IMG/VR virus record: IMGVR_UViG_3300045988_029329
Location: 1-55,794 of that record
DNA from: a virus
Length of the DNA: 55,794 nucleotides
Reading direction: 5' to 3' (one strand)
Positions 25,799 to 34,098 of this stretch are shown here, in pieces. The notes below the pieces were generated by a model. It searched no databases, was not told where the DNA came from, and was given only the letters and a program-made list of their open reading frames with translations. The position numbers and the translations under genes were made by a program. The first letter of the stretch is position 1. Every line of letters starts with the position of its first letter.

Positions 25799-26322
25799 TC
25801 TACATCAGCCTCCTCATAATCCGAATCTTCAAAGGATGGAGCTTCTGGCAACGGCATCCAATGCGTCGCTCCGAGATTATTACACCAATCTGTTTTCCAA
25901 ATAGGTTTTCCACCGTCTTCTGGATAGAAGTAACACTGTGCGATATCTGTTCCTGTCAACGGCGATGCAACGAGGACGGGGTTGCTTTCAAGTTCTCCAT
26001 TTACATCCACCATTTCGGGGTAGTGGTCGCTCACTCTAATCCATTCCTTGCTCCATAACCATTTTTCCTTGAAATACTGTACATCTTTCTTGTACTGCTC
26101 TTTATCAATGTCGCCACTTCTGTACCAATCACAGCTATGCAAAACACAGAGCAAATCGTACAGAAGCATACTCAAATCTTTGTCTCCAAGCGGATTTTCT
26201 TTTCGTGCAATAATCGAAAGCTCTTTTACCCGTTCATCTGCAAGGTCATAATCTGGGTAACAGTTCTGATAAATAGTATTTGCAAGGCTGTCATTTTGAC
26301 AATCCCAATATCCACCACTCAT
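25795..26322 (-). CDS. hypothetical protein with C-terminal DUF551-like domain
   Basis: 175 aa. WIRVSDHYPE ... ATHWMPLPEAP matches the motif of four other paralogues in this genome. Confidence 0.5.
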   Translation of the reverse strand: MSGGYWDCQNDSLANTIYQNCYPDYDLADERVKELSIIARKENPLGDKDLSMLLYDLLCVLHSCDWYRSGDIDKEQYKKDVQYFKEKWLWSKEWIRVSDHYPEMVDVNGELESNPVLVASPLTGTDIAQCYFYPEDGGKPIWKTDWCNNLGATHWMPLPEAPSFEDSDYEEADVE

Positions 26323-27089
26323 TTTTCTTTTCCTCCAACAATCATCTGTGCCAACGCCTTGAAATCCTCTGCACTGGTACTCTTTGCCGTATCACCGCTA
26401 AACAGGCTGTGCCGCTCTGCCTGCGCCTTACGAACGCCCATAGACGGTCTAATCTTCACGTCCAAAAGCCTTGTTCCCATGCTTTGTGCAATCACAGGGA
26501 GCTGCTCAACAACCTCTTTGGACAGGTTCTCACGGCTCTTGTACTGGTTCAGAAGCAGACCTTCAATCTTCAAAGTCGGGTTGAAGTATCTGCGAACATC
26601 ACCAATGGTCTGCGAAAGCTGGCTCAATCCAGCAAGTGCATAGCGGTCTGCTGTGATGGGCACGATGATGCTGTTGGCGGCGATCAGTGCGTTCACAAGT
26701 GCAAGACCAAGCTGCGGGGGAGTGTCCAGCACAATGTAATCGTACTGTTCGGACACGGATTCCAGTGCTTCTCGCAGCCGGAAGTTCTTGCCAATGTCCC
26801 GGACAAGTTGCTCGTCAATGTCCTTCAATGCGTTGTCTGACGGCAGAATGTCACCGGCTTCACAGTGCTGGATTCCCTCTTCTACCGTACCCTGCCGGGT
26901 CATTACATCGAACAGGGTACACACGTCCTCTGTCTGTGCGCCGTAGGTGTCCGTTGCGTTGCACTGGGCATCGCAGTCCACCAGCAACACTTTCTTCCCA
27001 AGCAGCTGCAACGCACCAGCCAGACAGGTACTTGTGGTAGTCTTTCCTGTGCCGCCCTTCTGGTTGGCGACAGCTATAATTTTTGCCAT
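26319..27089 (-). CDS. parA: ParA/Soj-family partition ATPase
   Basis: Deviant Walker A in MAKIIAVANQKGGTGKTTT, then LLVDCDAQCN. 256 aa. Confidence 0.85.
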   Translation of the reverse strand: MAKIIAVANQKGGTGKTTTSTCLAGALQLLGKKVLLVDCDAQCNATDTYGAQTEDVCTLFDVMTRQGTVEEGIQHCEAGDILPSDNALKDIDEQLVRDIGKNFRLREALESVSEQYDYIVLDTPPQLGLALVNALIAANSIIVPITADRYALAGLSQLSQTIGDVRRYFNPTLKIEGLLLNQYKSRENLSKEVVEQLPVIAQSMGTRLLDVKIRPSMGVRKAQAERHSLFSGDTAKSTSAEDFKALAQMIVGGKEK

Positions 27090-27104
27090 TTTATCACTCT
27101 TTCT

Positions 27105-27344
27105 TTATTCTTCGGGTTCATCAGGGAGCGGCATCCAATGGGTTACATGATATAACACATTATCATCAATCAGTTGCGTTTCACTATTGTTTCCATAGAA
27201 CGCATCCGTCAACACATCATCTGTATACCATTTTTCGCCTTTGAAGTCACCATAATAACCGAAAGTAACGCCCATCACTTTATCATAAATGATAATCTGA
27301 ATGTACTTGTCTGGCATCTTATCTTTTACGCTAATCCAACCCAT
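27105..27344 (-). CDS. DUF551-like protein
   Basis: AGGAG RBS. MGWISVKDKMPDK ... VTHWMPLPDEPEE. Confidence 0.5.
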   Translation of the reverse strand: MGWISVKDKMPDKYIQIIIYDKVMGVTFGYYGDFKGEKWYTDDVLTDAFYGNNSETQLIDDNVLYHVTHWMPLPDEPEE

Positions 27345-27387
27345 TCTCGCTCCTTTCTGCATCATCTGCTTAATGCGCTACATCCGA

Positions 27388-28482
27388 TTACTTTAAGAGG
27401 CTATCGTCAAACGTAGCGTAATCATCAAGGTCTGCATCTTTCAAAATTGAGTACATATAAGCGCCGGGGTCTTTTTCAATCCTATCAAGTCGCTCACTGA
27501 CAAGAATCTTGTATGCATTCTCAATGATGTTCACAACAGCTTCTTTTTTCTTGTTAGGCTTGATGTTCGGATACTTCTCCGGCAATCTCTTTGCCACCAG
27601 CTTTGCGGTCAAGATACACTGGCTTTTAGACATCTCCGGCGCAATAGATGCCCAATCCACATTCTCGTATGCGCCACTGCGGGGCTTTCTGGCAGGTCGT
27701 TGGCTCTTTGGAACATCTTTTAACTCTACGCTTTCGACCTCGTTAGCTTCCACGTCTATGACTGGCTCATTAGACTTGAAAGCTATATTGAACTTCACAG
27801 CAACCGCATTGCGACCTCTCATGACCTTGTCGTATTCAACGCACAGGTCTGATACTTCGTTTATTTCAGCTACCGCAATATCAATGACACGCCGCCTAAG
27901 ATGCTTGAACTCTTGATAGCTAGGTTCTCTTGCGCCAAGTTGTTCCCTTAATCTATCCAACGTAATTTCGGGCTGGCTCACGCCACGTCCGATGAACTCT
28001 CGGAGAATTGAATACAGCAAAATGCTATACTGTGATTTCATATTCGCTGTGTAGCGCAAGCGATACTTGACATATCCACGCTCTGCAATGTCGAAGAAAA
28101 CAGGTTGTAGAAGTGGGTTACAGCACAATGACACAGTAATATTCATCAAACTAGGTTCAAAATTTACAGTTGCTCTGCTGAACAGGGGATACAGGTCAAA
28201 CGAGCCTGAACCGTCACCTCTAGGAACTTCAACAGAGTTGTCGATGAAATGCTTAACCTGTGCTTTCAAATTCCTAGAGTTGATTTTTAACCCTAAAAAT
28301 TCGCAATATTCTTGTAACGTAAACTGAACCGTTGAAGTTTCGGGGTCTCTCGGATTGATACGGCTAAGATACACTTCAAGCAGCCGAAGCTCTCCTGCTG
28401 TATAGTCAGTGAACTTTGCCCAAACAAGCTGTCTGCTTTTTTCAACCAAGTTCCCGCCTTTAATATCAGACAATCTTATCAC
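27388..28482 (-). CDS. plasmid-type replication initiator (Rep_3/RepB-like)
   Basis: 364 aa. The N-terminus LVEKSRQLVWAKFTDYTAGELRLLEVYLSRI...FTLQEYCEFLGLK fits the Rep_3 pattern. Iterons lie directly upstream. Confidence 0.7.
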   Translation of the reverse strand: MIRLSDIKGGNLVEKSRQLVWAKFTDYTAGELRLLEVYLSRINPRDPETSTVQFTLQEYCEFLGLKINSRNLKAQVKHFIDNSVEVPRGDGSGSFDLYPLFSRATVNFEPSLMNITVSLCCNPLLQPVFFDIAERGYVKYRLRYTANMKSQYSILLYSILREFIGRGVSQPEITLDRLREQLGAREPSYQEFKHLRRRVIDIAVAEINEVSDLCVEYDKVMRGRNAVAVKFNIAFKSNEPVIDVEANEVESVELKDVPKSQRPARKPRSGAYENVDWASIAPEMSKSQCILTAKLVAKRLPEKYPNIKPNKKKEAVVNIIENAYKILVSERLDRIEKDPGAYMYSILKDADLDDYATFDDSLLK

Positions 28483-28513
28483 GCCTCCTCTCGTATAATA
28501 GTATATCGCAAAC

Positions 28514-28629
28514 AGGTGTACAAGTCAATAGTTGACGTACACCTGTTTCCACTTTTTGTACACCTAACCGTCCACATTTCGTACACCCATTTCCACAATT
28601 TGTACACCTATATCCATTTTTTGTACACC
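28514..28629. repeat. iteron array: inverted pair AGGTGTAC/GTACACCT plus five direct GTACACC repeats at 21-23-bp spacing
   Basis: GTACACC at 28537, 28558, 28581, 28602 and 28623. An AT-rich stretch follows at 28630-28760. Confidence 0.75.
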
Positions 28630-28821
28630 TCTTTACATTATATAAAACAAGACTATTAACAAGATTATAAAATAACTTCTACTAATAGCAGAAGAAGAAA
28701 ATTTTCCACAAAATCTTTTCTTTCTCTCTTAAAAAGTGGAAAACACAAAGCGAATATCGCTAAATAAACAGATGTTCAACATCCGAAAGGTTAAAACGCT
28801 TAACGGTTAGGTTTACCTAAC

Positions 28822-29007
28822 GTGTACAAAAAGTGGATGAAAAAATTTTAAGTCAATGTTATGGGGGACGGATTGACGAACCACTCAATCGCAAACAATA
28901 AATTAACGCTAGCTCGTTGTTTATCCCGCACGAATGCTGTCGATTTACAGCCTATGGTGGACGGAATGACAAGGCAAATTTGCCCGATAGGTGTACAAAA
29001 AGTGGAT
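28822..29007. repeat. two inverted copies of the long iteron (GTGTACAAAAAGTGGATGAA)
   Basis: Copies at 28822-28838 and 28990-29007 are the reverse complement of TCCACTTTTTGTACACC at 28549-28565. Confidence 0.7.
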
Positions 29008-29051
29008 GAACGTGGACAAAATGTTCCTTAAAAACTTCGATAATTCGACAA

Positions 29052-29645
29052 TCAGCGCAAAATGTTTTCTTCGTTGATGGTATAAGAATCGTTTCGCTTC
29101 ATCGCCGCAGCTTCCCCACAGTCCTGTGCCTGATACAAAATCTGCATATTGGGTTGTGTTCCGTCTGGGTCTGGGTCGGTTTTGGTGGCCTGTGCCATTT
29201 CATAATGACCTGTGACGGTGCGGCAGACGGATACACGATCACGCAAAGTCGTATGAAGGTTGGCTACCATTTCGCACAGAACGGCAAGGTAATCTGAGCC
29301 GTGATTGCCATAGATCAGATAGCACAGTAGGTCAATTTCTTGCGGATGGGCTTCTTTGATATGCTCTATCAGCGCATCCCTCTTTCTTTCGGTGCTGGCA
29401 TCGCCAGCCAGGCTTTCCAACAAGCCAGGATGCAAACAGGTGTCTATGTATGGCTTGGCCGCAACACCGCAGCACACGAACCACTTTATGACAGTAGAAG
29501 CATCTGGGGTCATTGTCCCTTGCTCATAACGAAAAATGGATGTCCGGCCTACACCCATTTTGTCCGCAAGCTTCTGCTGGCTAAGCCCGGATTCTGCTCT
29601 TGCCATCTCTAACGCTTTTGCCACTCGTATCCTATAATCATCCAT
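29052..29645 (-). CDS. XRE-family HTH regulator
   Basis: AGAGGGG RBS. The N-terminus ARAESGLSQQKLADKMGVGRTSIFRYEQG is HTH_XRE. 197 aa. Confidence 0.6.
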   Translation of the reverse strand: MDDYRIRVAKALEMARAESGLSQQKLADKMGVGRTSIFRYEQGTMTPDASTVIKWFVCCGVAAKPYIDTCLHPGLLESLAGDASTERKRDALIEHIKEAHPQEIDLLCYLIYGNHGSDYLAVLCEMVANLHTTLRDRVSVCRTVTGHYEMAQATKTDPDPDGTQPNMQILYQAQDCGEAAAMKRNDSYTINEENILR

Positions 29646-29733
29646 AAATACCCCTCTTTCGACAAAATGATACAAAAACAAAAGAATTTAACTGATATAT
29701 TGTTCAAAATGTGAAACAATAATTGAAAAAAGT

Positions 29734-29754
29734 CGCTGTTTCAATGAAACAGCG
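29734..29754. promoter_or_regulatory. perfect 21-bp palindrome CGCTGTTTC-AAT-GAAACAGCG between divergent genes (operator, or leftward terminator)
   Basis: 9-bp arms. On the minus strand it is followed by ACTTTTTTC. Confidence 0.45.
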
Positions 29755-29806
29755 AGATGTGATATAACTGTATTGTCAAAAAATTCCAAAGAGGAAGGGA
29801 ACAAAA

Positions 29807-29917
29807 ATGAGAGAAGCTGTAATCTGGAACCATGAACGTATGCCGATCATCGACGGAATGCCCGCCAGCGTTACCGATGGGCAGCCACACACACCTGAAC
29901 CATGGGAGGAAAGCTAA
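29807..29917 (+). CDS. possible small ORF (36 aa)
   Basis: GAGGAAGGGA upstream. Its stop overlaps the next ATG (TAATG). Confidence 0.25.
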   Translation: MREAVIWNHERMPIIDGMPASVTDGQPHTPEPWEES

Positions 29918-30123
29918 TGAACCGAACTGTAGATGCTCTGATTGTCCCATACGCCCGCAGACGGACGCTGGAGCTTGTCCTGAGCCTTTCTGGGTACGAA
30001 GCTGATAAAGATGCTTACCTCGAAGCAAAAGGCATCCTGGAACGTGCCGTAGCCGCCTTAGACGATGGGCGCGACCCGGCAGATAACATCGAACGCATTG
30101 ACGGACAGCTTGTGGAACTGTGA
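29917..30123 (+). CDS. hypothetical protein
   Basis: GGGAGG RBS. 68 aa. Confidence 0.4.
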   Translation: MNRTVDALIVPYARRRTLELVLSLSGYEADKDAYLEAKGILERAVAALDDGRDPADNIERIDGQLVEL

Positions 30124-30135
30124 AAGGAGAAGAAG

Positions 30136-30381
30136 ATGGACTTTACGAATGGATTCTATAAAGCCGAGAACCCTGTCGTTCTTGAAGAAGTGAAAACTTT
30201 CCTCCAGTCAATGGAACGGCGTGGAGCAACCGTGAAGGACTTAGACGATGCCATTGTGCAGTTAAACAATGTTTCGCACAGCATCAGCACAAACGCTCTC
30301 GTCAAAGCAGATGTACTGGACGATTTACCGGATAACCCTTTTCGTTCCATGCTCAACGGAATGTTACAAAGCAAAGGGTAA
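30136..30381 (+). CDS. hypothetical protein
   Basis: AAGGAG RBS. 81 aa. Confidence 0.45.
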   Translation: MDFTNGFYKAENPVVLEEVKTFLQSMERRGATVKDLDDAIVQLNNVSHSISTNALVKADVLDDLPDNPFRSMLNGMLQSKG

Positions 30382-30492
30382 CTTAAACTTAATGTGGCTC
30401 TTAATCATTGTCATTGCGATTTTTGGCTTCCCTGATACAAAGTAATGGATGCGAAGAAAACATTCGATTTTTACGAAGTTGTTAAAAATACA

Positions 30493-30520
30493 TTGACTTT
30501 ACAACTATAAGATGTATAAT
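30493..30520 (+). promoter_or_regulatory. promoter TTGACT-16 nt-TATAAT
   Basis: TTGACT at 30493-30498 and TATAAT at 30515-30520. Confidence 0.5.
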
Positions 30521-30567
30521 CGTATCAAATGAACATTCATTTTTACTGATCGGGAGGATATGCCACA

Positions 30568-30669
30568 ATGAGTGAACAGGAAAGAGCCAAGATTGACCGA
30601 TTTATTGCATGGCTACTGGAACATCCTGAAAAGATTCCGGCAGCGGAGCAAGCCCTAGACCTGGAATAA
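30568..30669 (+). CDS. small ORF (33 aa)
   Basis: GGGAGG RBS. MSEQERAKIDRFIAWLLEHPEKIPAAEQALDLE. A terminator follows directly. Confidence 0.35.
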   Translation: MSEQERAKIDRFIAWLLEHPEKIPAAEQALDLE

Positions 30670-30672
30670 TAG

Positions 30673-30722
30673 AAAACCCCTTGCGCAGAGCTATACCAGC
30701 CCGGCACAAGGGGTTTTTATTT
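30673..30722. terminator. bidirectional rho-independent terminator
   Basis: Stem AAAACCCCTTG/CAAGGGGTTTT, with T-runs on both strands, between convergent genes. Confidence 0.65.
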
Positions 30723-30729
30723 TACCGGG

Positions 30730-30864
30730 TCAGAACCATTTCTTTTTTCTGTTTCTACGGTAACGATATTTTCTGCTGTTGCCATATAGCACACGGTCAT
30801 TGCCTTTTAACAAGGCCTGCATGAACCAAAAGCAAAAGGCACAGCCACACAACAAATAATACAT
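30730..30864 (-). CDS. small hydrophobic/basic peptide downstream of the repressor gene
   Basis: GAGGT RBS. 44 aa: MYYLLCGCAFCFWFMQALLKGNDRVLYGNSRKYRYRRNRKKKWF. Confidence 0.35.
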   Translation of the reverse strand: MYYLLCGCAFCFWFMQALLKGNDRVLYGNSRKYRYRRNRKKKWF

Positions 30865-30873
30865 GGGCTTACC

Positions 30874-31203
30874 TCACATCTTCTCGATCAGGTTCATCAG
30901 AGCTTCACGCTGTTCTTTCGGCATAGATTCAAGCTTTTTTCTAATCCGCTCCACTGCTGCATCGACTTCACTTTGCGGCTGCTGGGGCGGATTTTCTTTT
31001 TGTTCGCCAGTGAGAAGGTAGTCTACCGATACGTTGAAGTAGGATGCAATTTTAGAAAGAACCTCTGCGGACAGGCTCTTGGTTCTCCCGGCTTTCAGCT
31101 CGGAAAGAAAACTACGGCGAATCCCGATGTTGGCACAAAGGGTTCCGTCTTTGATGCCCTCTTTTTCGCAGAGTGCGTGGATGTTGCTGTACAAGTCCGA
31201 CAT
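30874..31203 (-). CDS. CI-like repressor (XRE HTH)
   Basis: 109 aa. HALCEKEGIKDGTLCANIGIRRSFLSELKAGRTKS..VLSKIASYFNVSVDYLL. Divergent from the cro-like gene. Confidence 0.7.
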   Translation of the reverse strand: MSDLYSNIHALCEKEGIKDGTLCANIGIRRSFLSELKAGRTKSLSAEVLSKIASYFNVSVDYLLTGEQKENPPQQPQSEVDAAVERIRKKLESMPKEQREALMNLIEKM

Positions 31204-31396
31204 AAGAACACTCCCATATTTGTGCAAGTATACAAATGCACAGAATTTTGTACAAAAGAGTTGACTTGTACAGAAGTCTGTACTATAATACAGACATGGG
31301 CGGTACAGAACACTGTACAATATGAACTCTCTACACCATTATATTAGTACAGTTTTCCGTACTTGTCAATAGATTTTAGCAAATGGAGGTGGAATT
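31204..31396. promoter_or_regulatory. genetic switch: divergent promoters with GTACAG-N4-CTGTAC operators
   Basis: Rightward promoter TTGACT (31261)-17-TATAAT (31284). Leftward promoter TTGTAC-17-TATACT. Operators GTACAGAAGTCTGTAC, GTACAGAACACTGTAC and a partial GTACAGTTTTCCGTAC. Confidence 0.65.
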
Positions 31397-31615
31397 TTGA
31401 AAGAAAACTTCTGGTCTGATTTTGGGCTTGAAGTAAAGATGAAGCTGCTTCAGCGAGGTATGAAGCAAACGGAACTGATTCAGGCTGTCAGGGATGACAC
31501 AGGACTGTTCTTTGACGATTCGTACCTCTACAAGATTCTTCGCGGAGAGCGGAAACCGGACAAAATCGTCCAAAGCATCTGCCGGATTCTGAATATTCAA
31601 GGTTCGGAAGAGTAA
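31397..31615 (+). CDS. Cro-like HTH regulator
   Basis: GGAGGTGG RBS, with a TTG start (or ATG at 31439). Contains LLQRGMKQTELIQAV. Confidence 0.5.
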   Translation: MKENFWSDFGLEVKMKLLQRGMKQTELIQAVRDDTGLFFDDSYLYKILRGERKPDKIVQSICRILNIQGSEE

Positions 31616-31628
31616 GAAAGGAGAAAAA

Positions 31629-32381
31629 ATGACCGACATTATCTTATCGACCCAGAACGGCGAACCGGTAGCATCCAGTCGTCAGATTGCAGAGAACTTT
31701 GGCAAGGAACACAAGGATACTTTGGAGAGCATCCGACAGATTTTGGCGGCGGAAAATTCCGCCACCAAATCCATGTTCTACGAAACCACGTTTGAAAATC
31801 GTGGTAAACAGTACCCGATGTATTTAATGAACCGTGACGGTTTCACCCTGCTGGCTATGGGTTTTACCGGCAAGGCTGCTCTTGAATGGAAACTCAAGTA
31901 CATTGCAGCGTTCAACGAAATGGAGAAGAAGCTGGCTGAACAGCCACAGCTCACACGCTCACAGCTCCTTGCAACCGCACTGATCGCAGCACACGAAGAG
32001 CTGGAAGAGAAGGACAAGCAGATTGAAACCATGAAGCCGAAAGCGCTTTTCGCTGACGCTGTGAGCGCAAGCGGCCAGAGCATTCTCGTTGGTGAGATGG
32101 CAAAGCTGCTGTCGCAGAACGGCATCCAGATGGGGCAGAACCGTCTGTTCCAGTGGATGCGTGAGAACGGATACTTGATTAAAGACAAGAAGCGGACGGA
32201 CTACAATATGCCAACGCAGAAGTCTATGGAACTTCGCTTGTTTGAAATCAAGGAAACGTCCATTGCACATTCCGATGGGCACACCTCCATCAACAAGACC
32301 CCGAAGGTGACCGGCATCGGTCAGGTCTATTTCGTTAATCTCTTCTTAAAGACGGAAAAGAGCAAGAAAGCGGAGGGCTGA
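31629..32381 (+). CDS. antirepressor (Rha-type N-terminal domain + ANT/KilAC-type C-terminal domain)
   Basis: PVASSRQIAENFGKEHKDTLESIR..YLMNRDGFTLLAMGFTGKAALEWKLKYI, and in the C-terminal part KALFADAV..SILVGEMAKLL. Confidence 0.7.
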   Translation: MTDIILSTQNGEPVASSRQIAENFGKEHKDTLESIRQILAAENSATKSMFYETTFENRGKQYPMYLMNRDGFTLLAMGFTGKAALEWKLKYIAAFNEMEKKLAEQPQLTRSQLLATALIAAHEELEEKDKQIETMKPKALFADAVSASGQSILVGEMAKLLSQNGIQMGQNRLFQWMRENGYLIKDKKRTDYNMPTQKSMELRLFEIKETSIAHSDGHTSINKTPKVTGIGQVYFVNLFLKTEKSKKAEG

Positions 32382-32383
32382 AC

Positions 32384-32758
32384 ATGGAACAGATTTTGAC
32401 ATTGAAAGTAGACCTTGAGCACCCGGACGATGCTCATTACGCCATTGACAAGGCTGTGGAAGCCTACGAAGAAAGCAAAAAACACTGGGACGCTTTTGAA
32501 CTTAACGAAGCCAAAAGCAAAGCACGAGATATTTTGTACGGCCTGTGCAACGATGGTTGCAGCATAATCTGGACGGTCACTGATGGCGCGGTTGGGCTGA
32601 CGATTTGGGCGGATTTTAAGGAGCCTAGCGTTGGTCAGTGTTATATGACTGAAGAAGGGCTGCGTGACATCTGGGTCGAAAGGCTCGTTGCTCTGTGCAT
32701 TGCCACAGGCAAAGAAGTCCCGAAGTTCATCACAGACAAGGCTGGTGAGTGCTGGTGA
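32384..32758 (+). CDS. hypothetical protein
   Basis: 124 aa, tightly packed in the early operon. Confidence 0.4.
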   Translation: MEQILTLKVDLEHPDDAHYAIDKAVEAYEESKKHWDAFELNEAKSKARDILYGLCNDGCSIIWTVTDGAVGLTIWADFKEPSVGQCYMTEEGLRDIWVERLVALCIATGKEVPKFITDKAGECW

Positions 32759-32940
32759 CGAATTTTCGCAGGGCGCAAAGCCGAAAGCGCAGAATGAAGC
32801 TGGCAATGGCAGCTGGCGTATCCAGAAACGATGCCAACAAGGTGCTTTGGATGGAGAAGGCCATCAATCAGTGCTTTGAACGCCACAATCGAGAAGCAAG
32901 ACTGAAAGAGGAGACGCAGCGTGGAAGAAAAGTACTGTGA
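32749..32940 (+). CDS. hypothetical small basic protein
   Basis: 63 aa. Non-ATG start is likely. Confidence 0.3.
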   Translation: MLVTNFRRAQSRKRRMKLAMAAGVSRNDANKVLWMEKAINQCFERHNREARLKEETQRGRKVL

Positions 32941-33391
32941 GCGCTGCGGTGCTTTTCTTGGCCTTGTGAATCCGTGCAAGAAATACTGTGAAGAATGTAA
33001 AATCATTGTTCGCAGAGAACGGCAGGCTCTTATAAAGAAAGGAATCAAGGCTAAGCCGGAACCGGCTTTATGCGCTTGGTGCAAGAAGCCAATGGTTCGG
33101 AAGGTCTGGTCTCAGAAGTATCACCCTGAATGCGCAGCAGATGCAAACAAGGCTTTGACCAAAAAGTACAAAGCCAAAAAGCAAAAAGAGCTGAATGAGC
33201 TAAAAGCATCTGGTGAGTTCAAAATTACTTGGGATGTGCAGGAGCCAGAACGTGCGAGACCTCAAAAGCACGAGCCTCCAAAGTATACTGTGCGACAGAT
33301 GAACGATGCCGCAAAACGATATGGCATGAGCTACGGCCATTACAGTACTTTACTTGCACAGGGAAAGGTGAAGGCCCCTGATGAACGGTAA
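32921..33391 (+). CDS. zinc-ribbon protein
   Basis: CERCG..CKKYCEEC and CAWCKK..HPEC. 156 aa. Confidence 0.4.
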   Translation: MEEKYCERCGAFLGLVNPCKKYCEECKIIVRRERQALIKKGIKAKPEPALCAWCKKPMVRKVWSQKYHPECAADANKALTKKYKAKKQKELNELKASGEFKITWDVQEPERARPQKHEPPKYTVRQMNDAAKRYGMSYGHYSTLLAQGKVKAPDER

Positions 33392-33474
33392 ATACTACGG
33401 CAAGCGAGAAATTCGCTGGCACAGCCGGGAGAAAAACCGGCTAGAACGCATCAAGAAAGAAAGAGTGAGCAAAA

Positions 33475-34098
33475 ATGAAAAAAATCAAAGTCAGAATCAC
33501 ATTCACCGAAGCAGTTCTCGGCACATGGCCTAGCAATCAGAACATTGCACGCGAGTTCATCGCCAGCAAGTCCCCGGATGCAAATACCATCGAGGACGAG
33601 GTTGCTGCTCTGGGCGCTGATGCTGTGGCAGATAAGGGCATGACCGTGTTCCCTCGCAACGAGAACGGCGAGCCTATCTTGTATGACTACCAAATTAAGG
33701 GCTTCTTCAAGGATTCCTGTGGTATGCTTGGTCGTATCGGCGGCAAGACCGAGACTGGCAAAAAGAAAGCCGTGAATGAATCCGGAAAGCTCACCGCATA
33801 CAAGAAGGTCATTGACGGTCTTATTTTCGTGTCTCCCCGGATGATTCCCATTCATGTGAACGGCGAGATTACCGAGTGCCAGCGTCCGCTGCGTGCGCAG
33901 ACGGCACAGGGCGAACGTGTCAGCCTTGCCAACAGCGAGCAGATTCCCGCTGGTTCGACCTGCGAGTTTGAAATCGTTCTTCTGGACGATTCTCACGAGA
34001 AGGTCGTGCGTGAGTGGCTGGATTACGGTGCTCTGCGTGGCATCGGACAGTGGCGCAACAGTGGGCGCGGGAAGTTTTCGTATGAAATCCTGAACTGA
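33475..34098 (+). CDS. hypothetical protein ending in a RAMP-like glycine-rich loop (GIGQWRNSGRG)
   Basis: 207 aa. The C-terminus LRGIGQWRNSGRGKFSYEIL fits GhGxxxxxGhG. No other family is recognised. Confidence 0.55.
   Translation: MKKIKVRITFTEAVLGTWPSNQNIAREFIASKSPDANTIEDEVAALGADAVADKGMTVFPRNENGEPILYDYQIKGFFKDSCGMLGRIGGKTETGKKKAVNESGKLTAYKKVIDGLIFVSPRMIPIHVNGEITECQRPLRAQTAQGERVSLANSEQIPAGSTCEFEIVLLDDSHEKVVREWLDYGALRGIGQWRNSGRGKFSYEILN

Noticed and set aside
29734-29754. Calling the 21-bp palindrome a plus-strand terminator
   Set aside because: No T-run follows on the plus strand, and it lies between divergent starts. An operator or a leftward terminator is more likely.
33384-33536. 50-aa ORF (MNGKYYGKREIRWHSREKNRLERIKKER...) overlapping the start of 33475..34098
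   Set aside because: Its 3' half runs out of frame through the well-supported next gene. It has no clear RBS.
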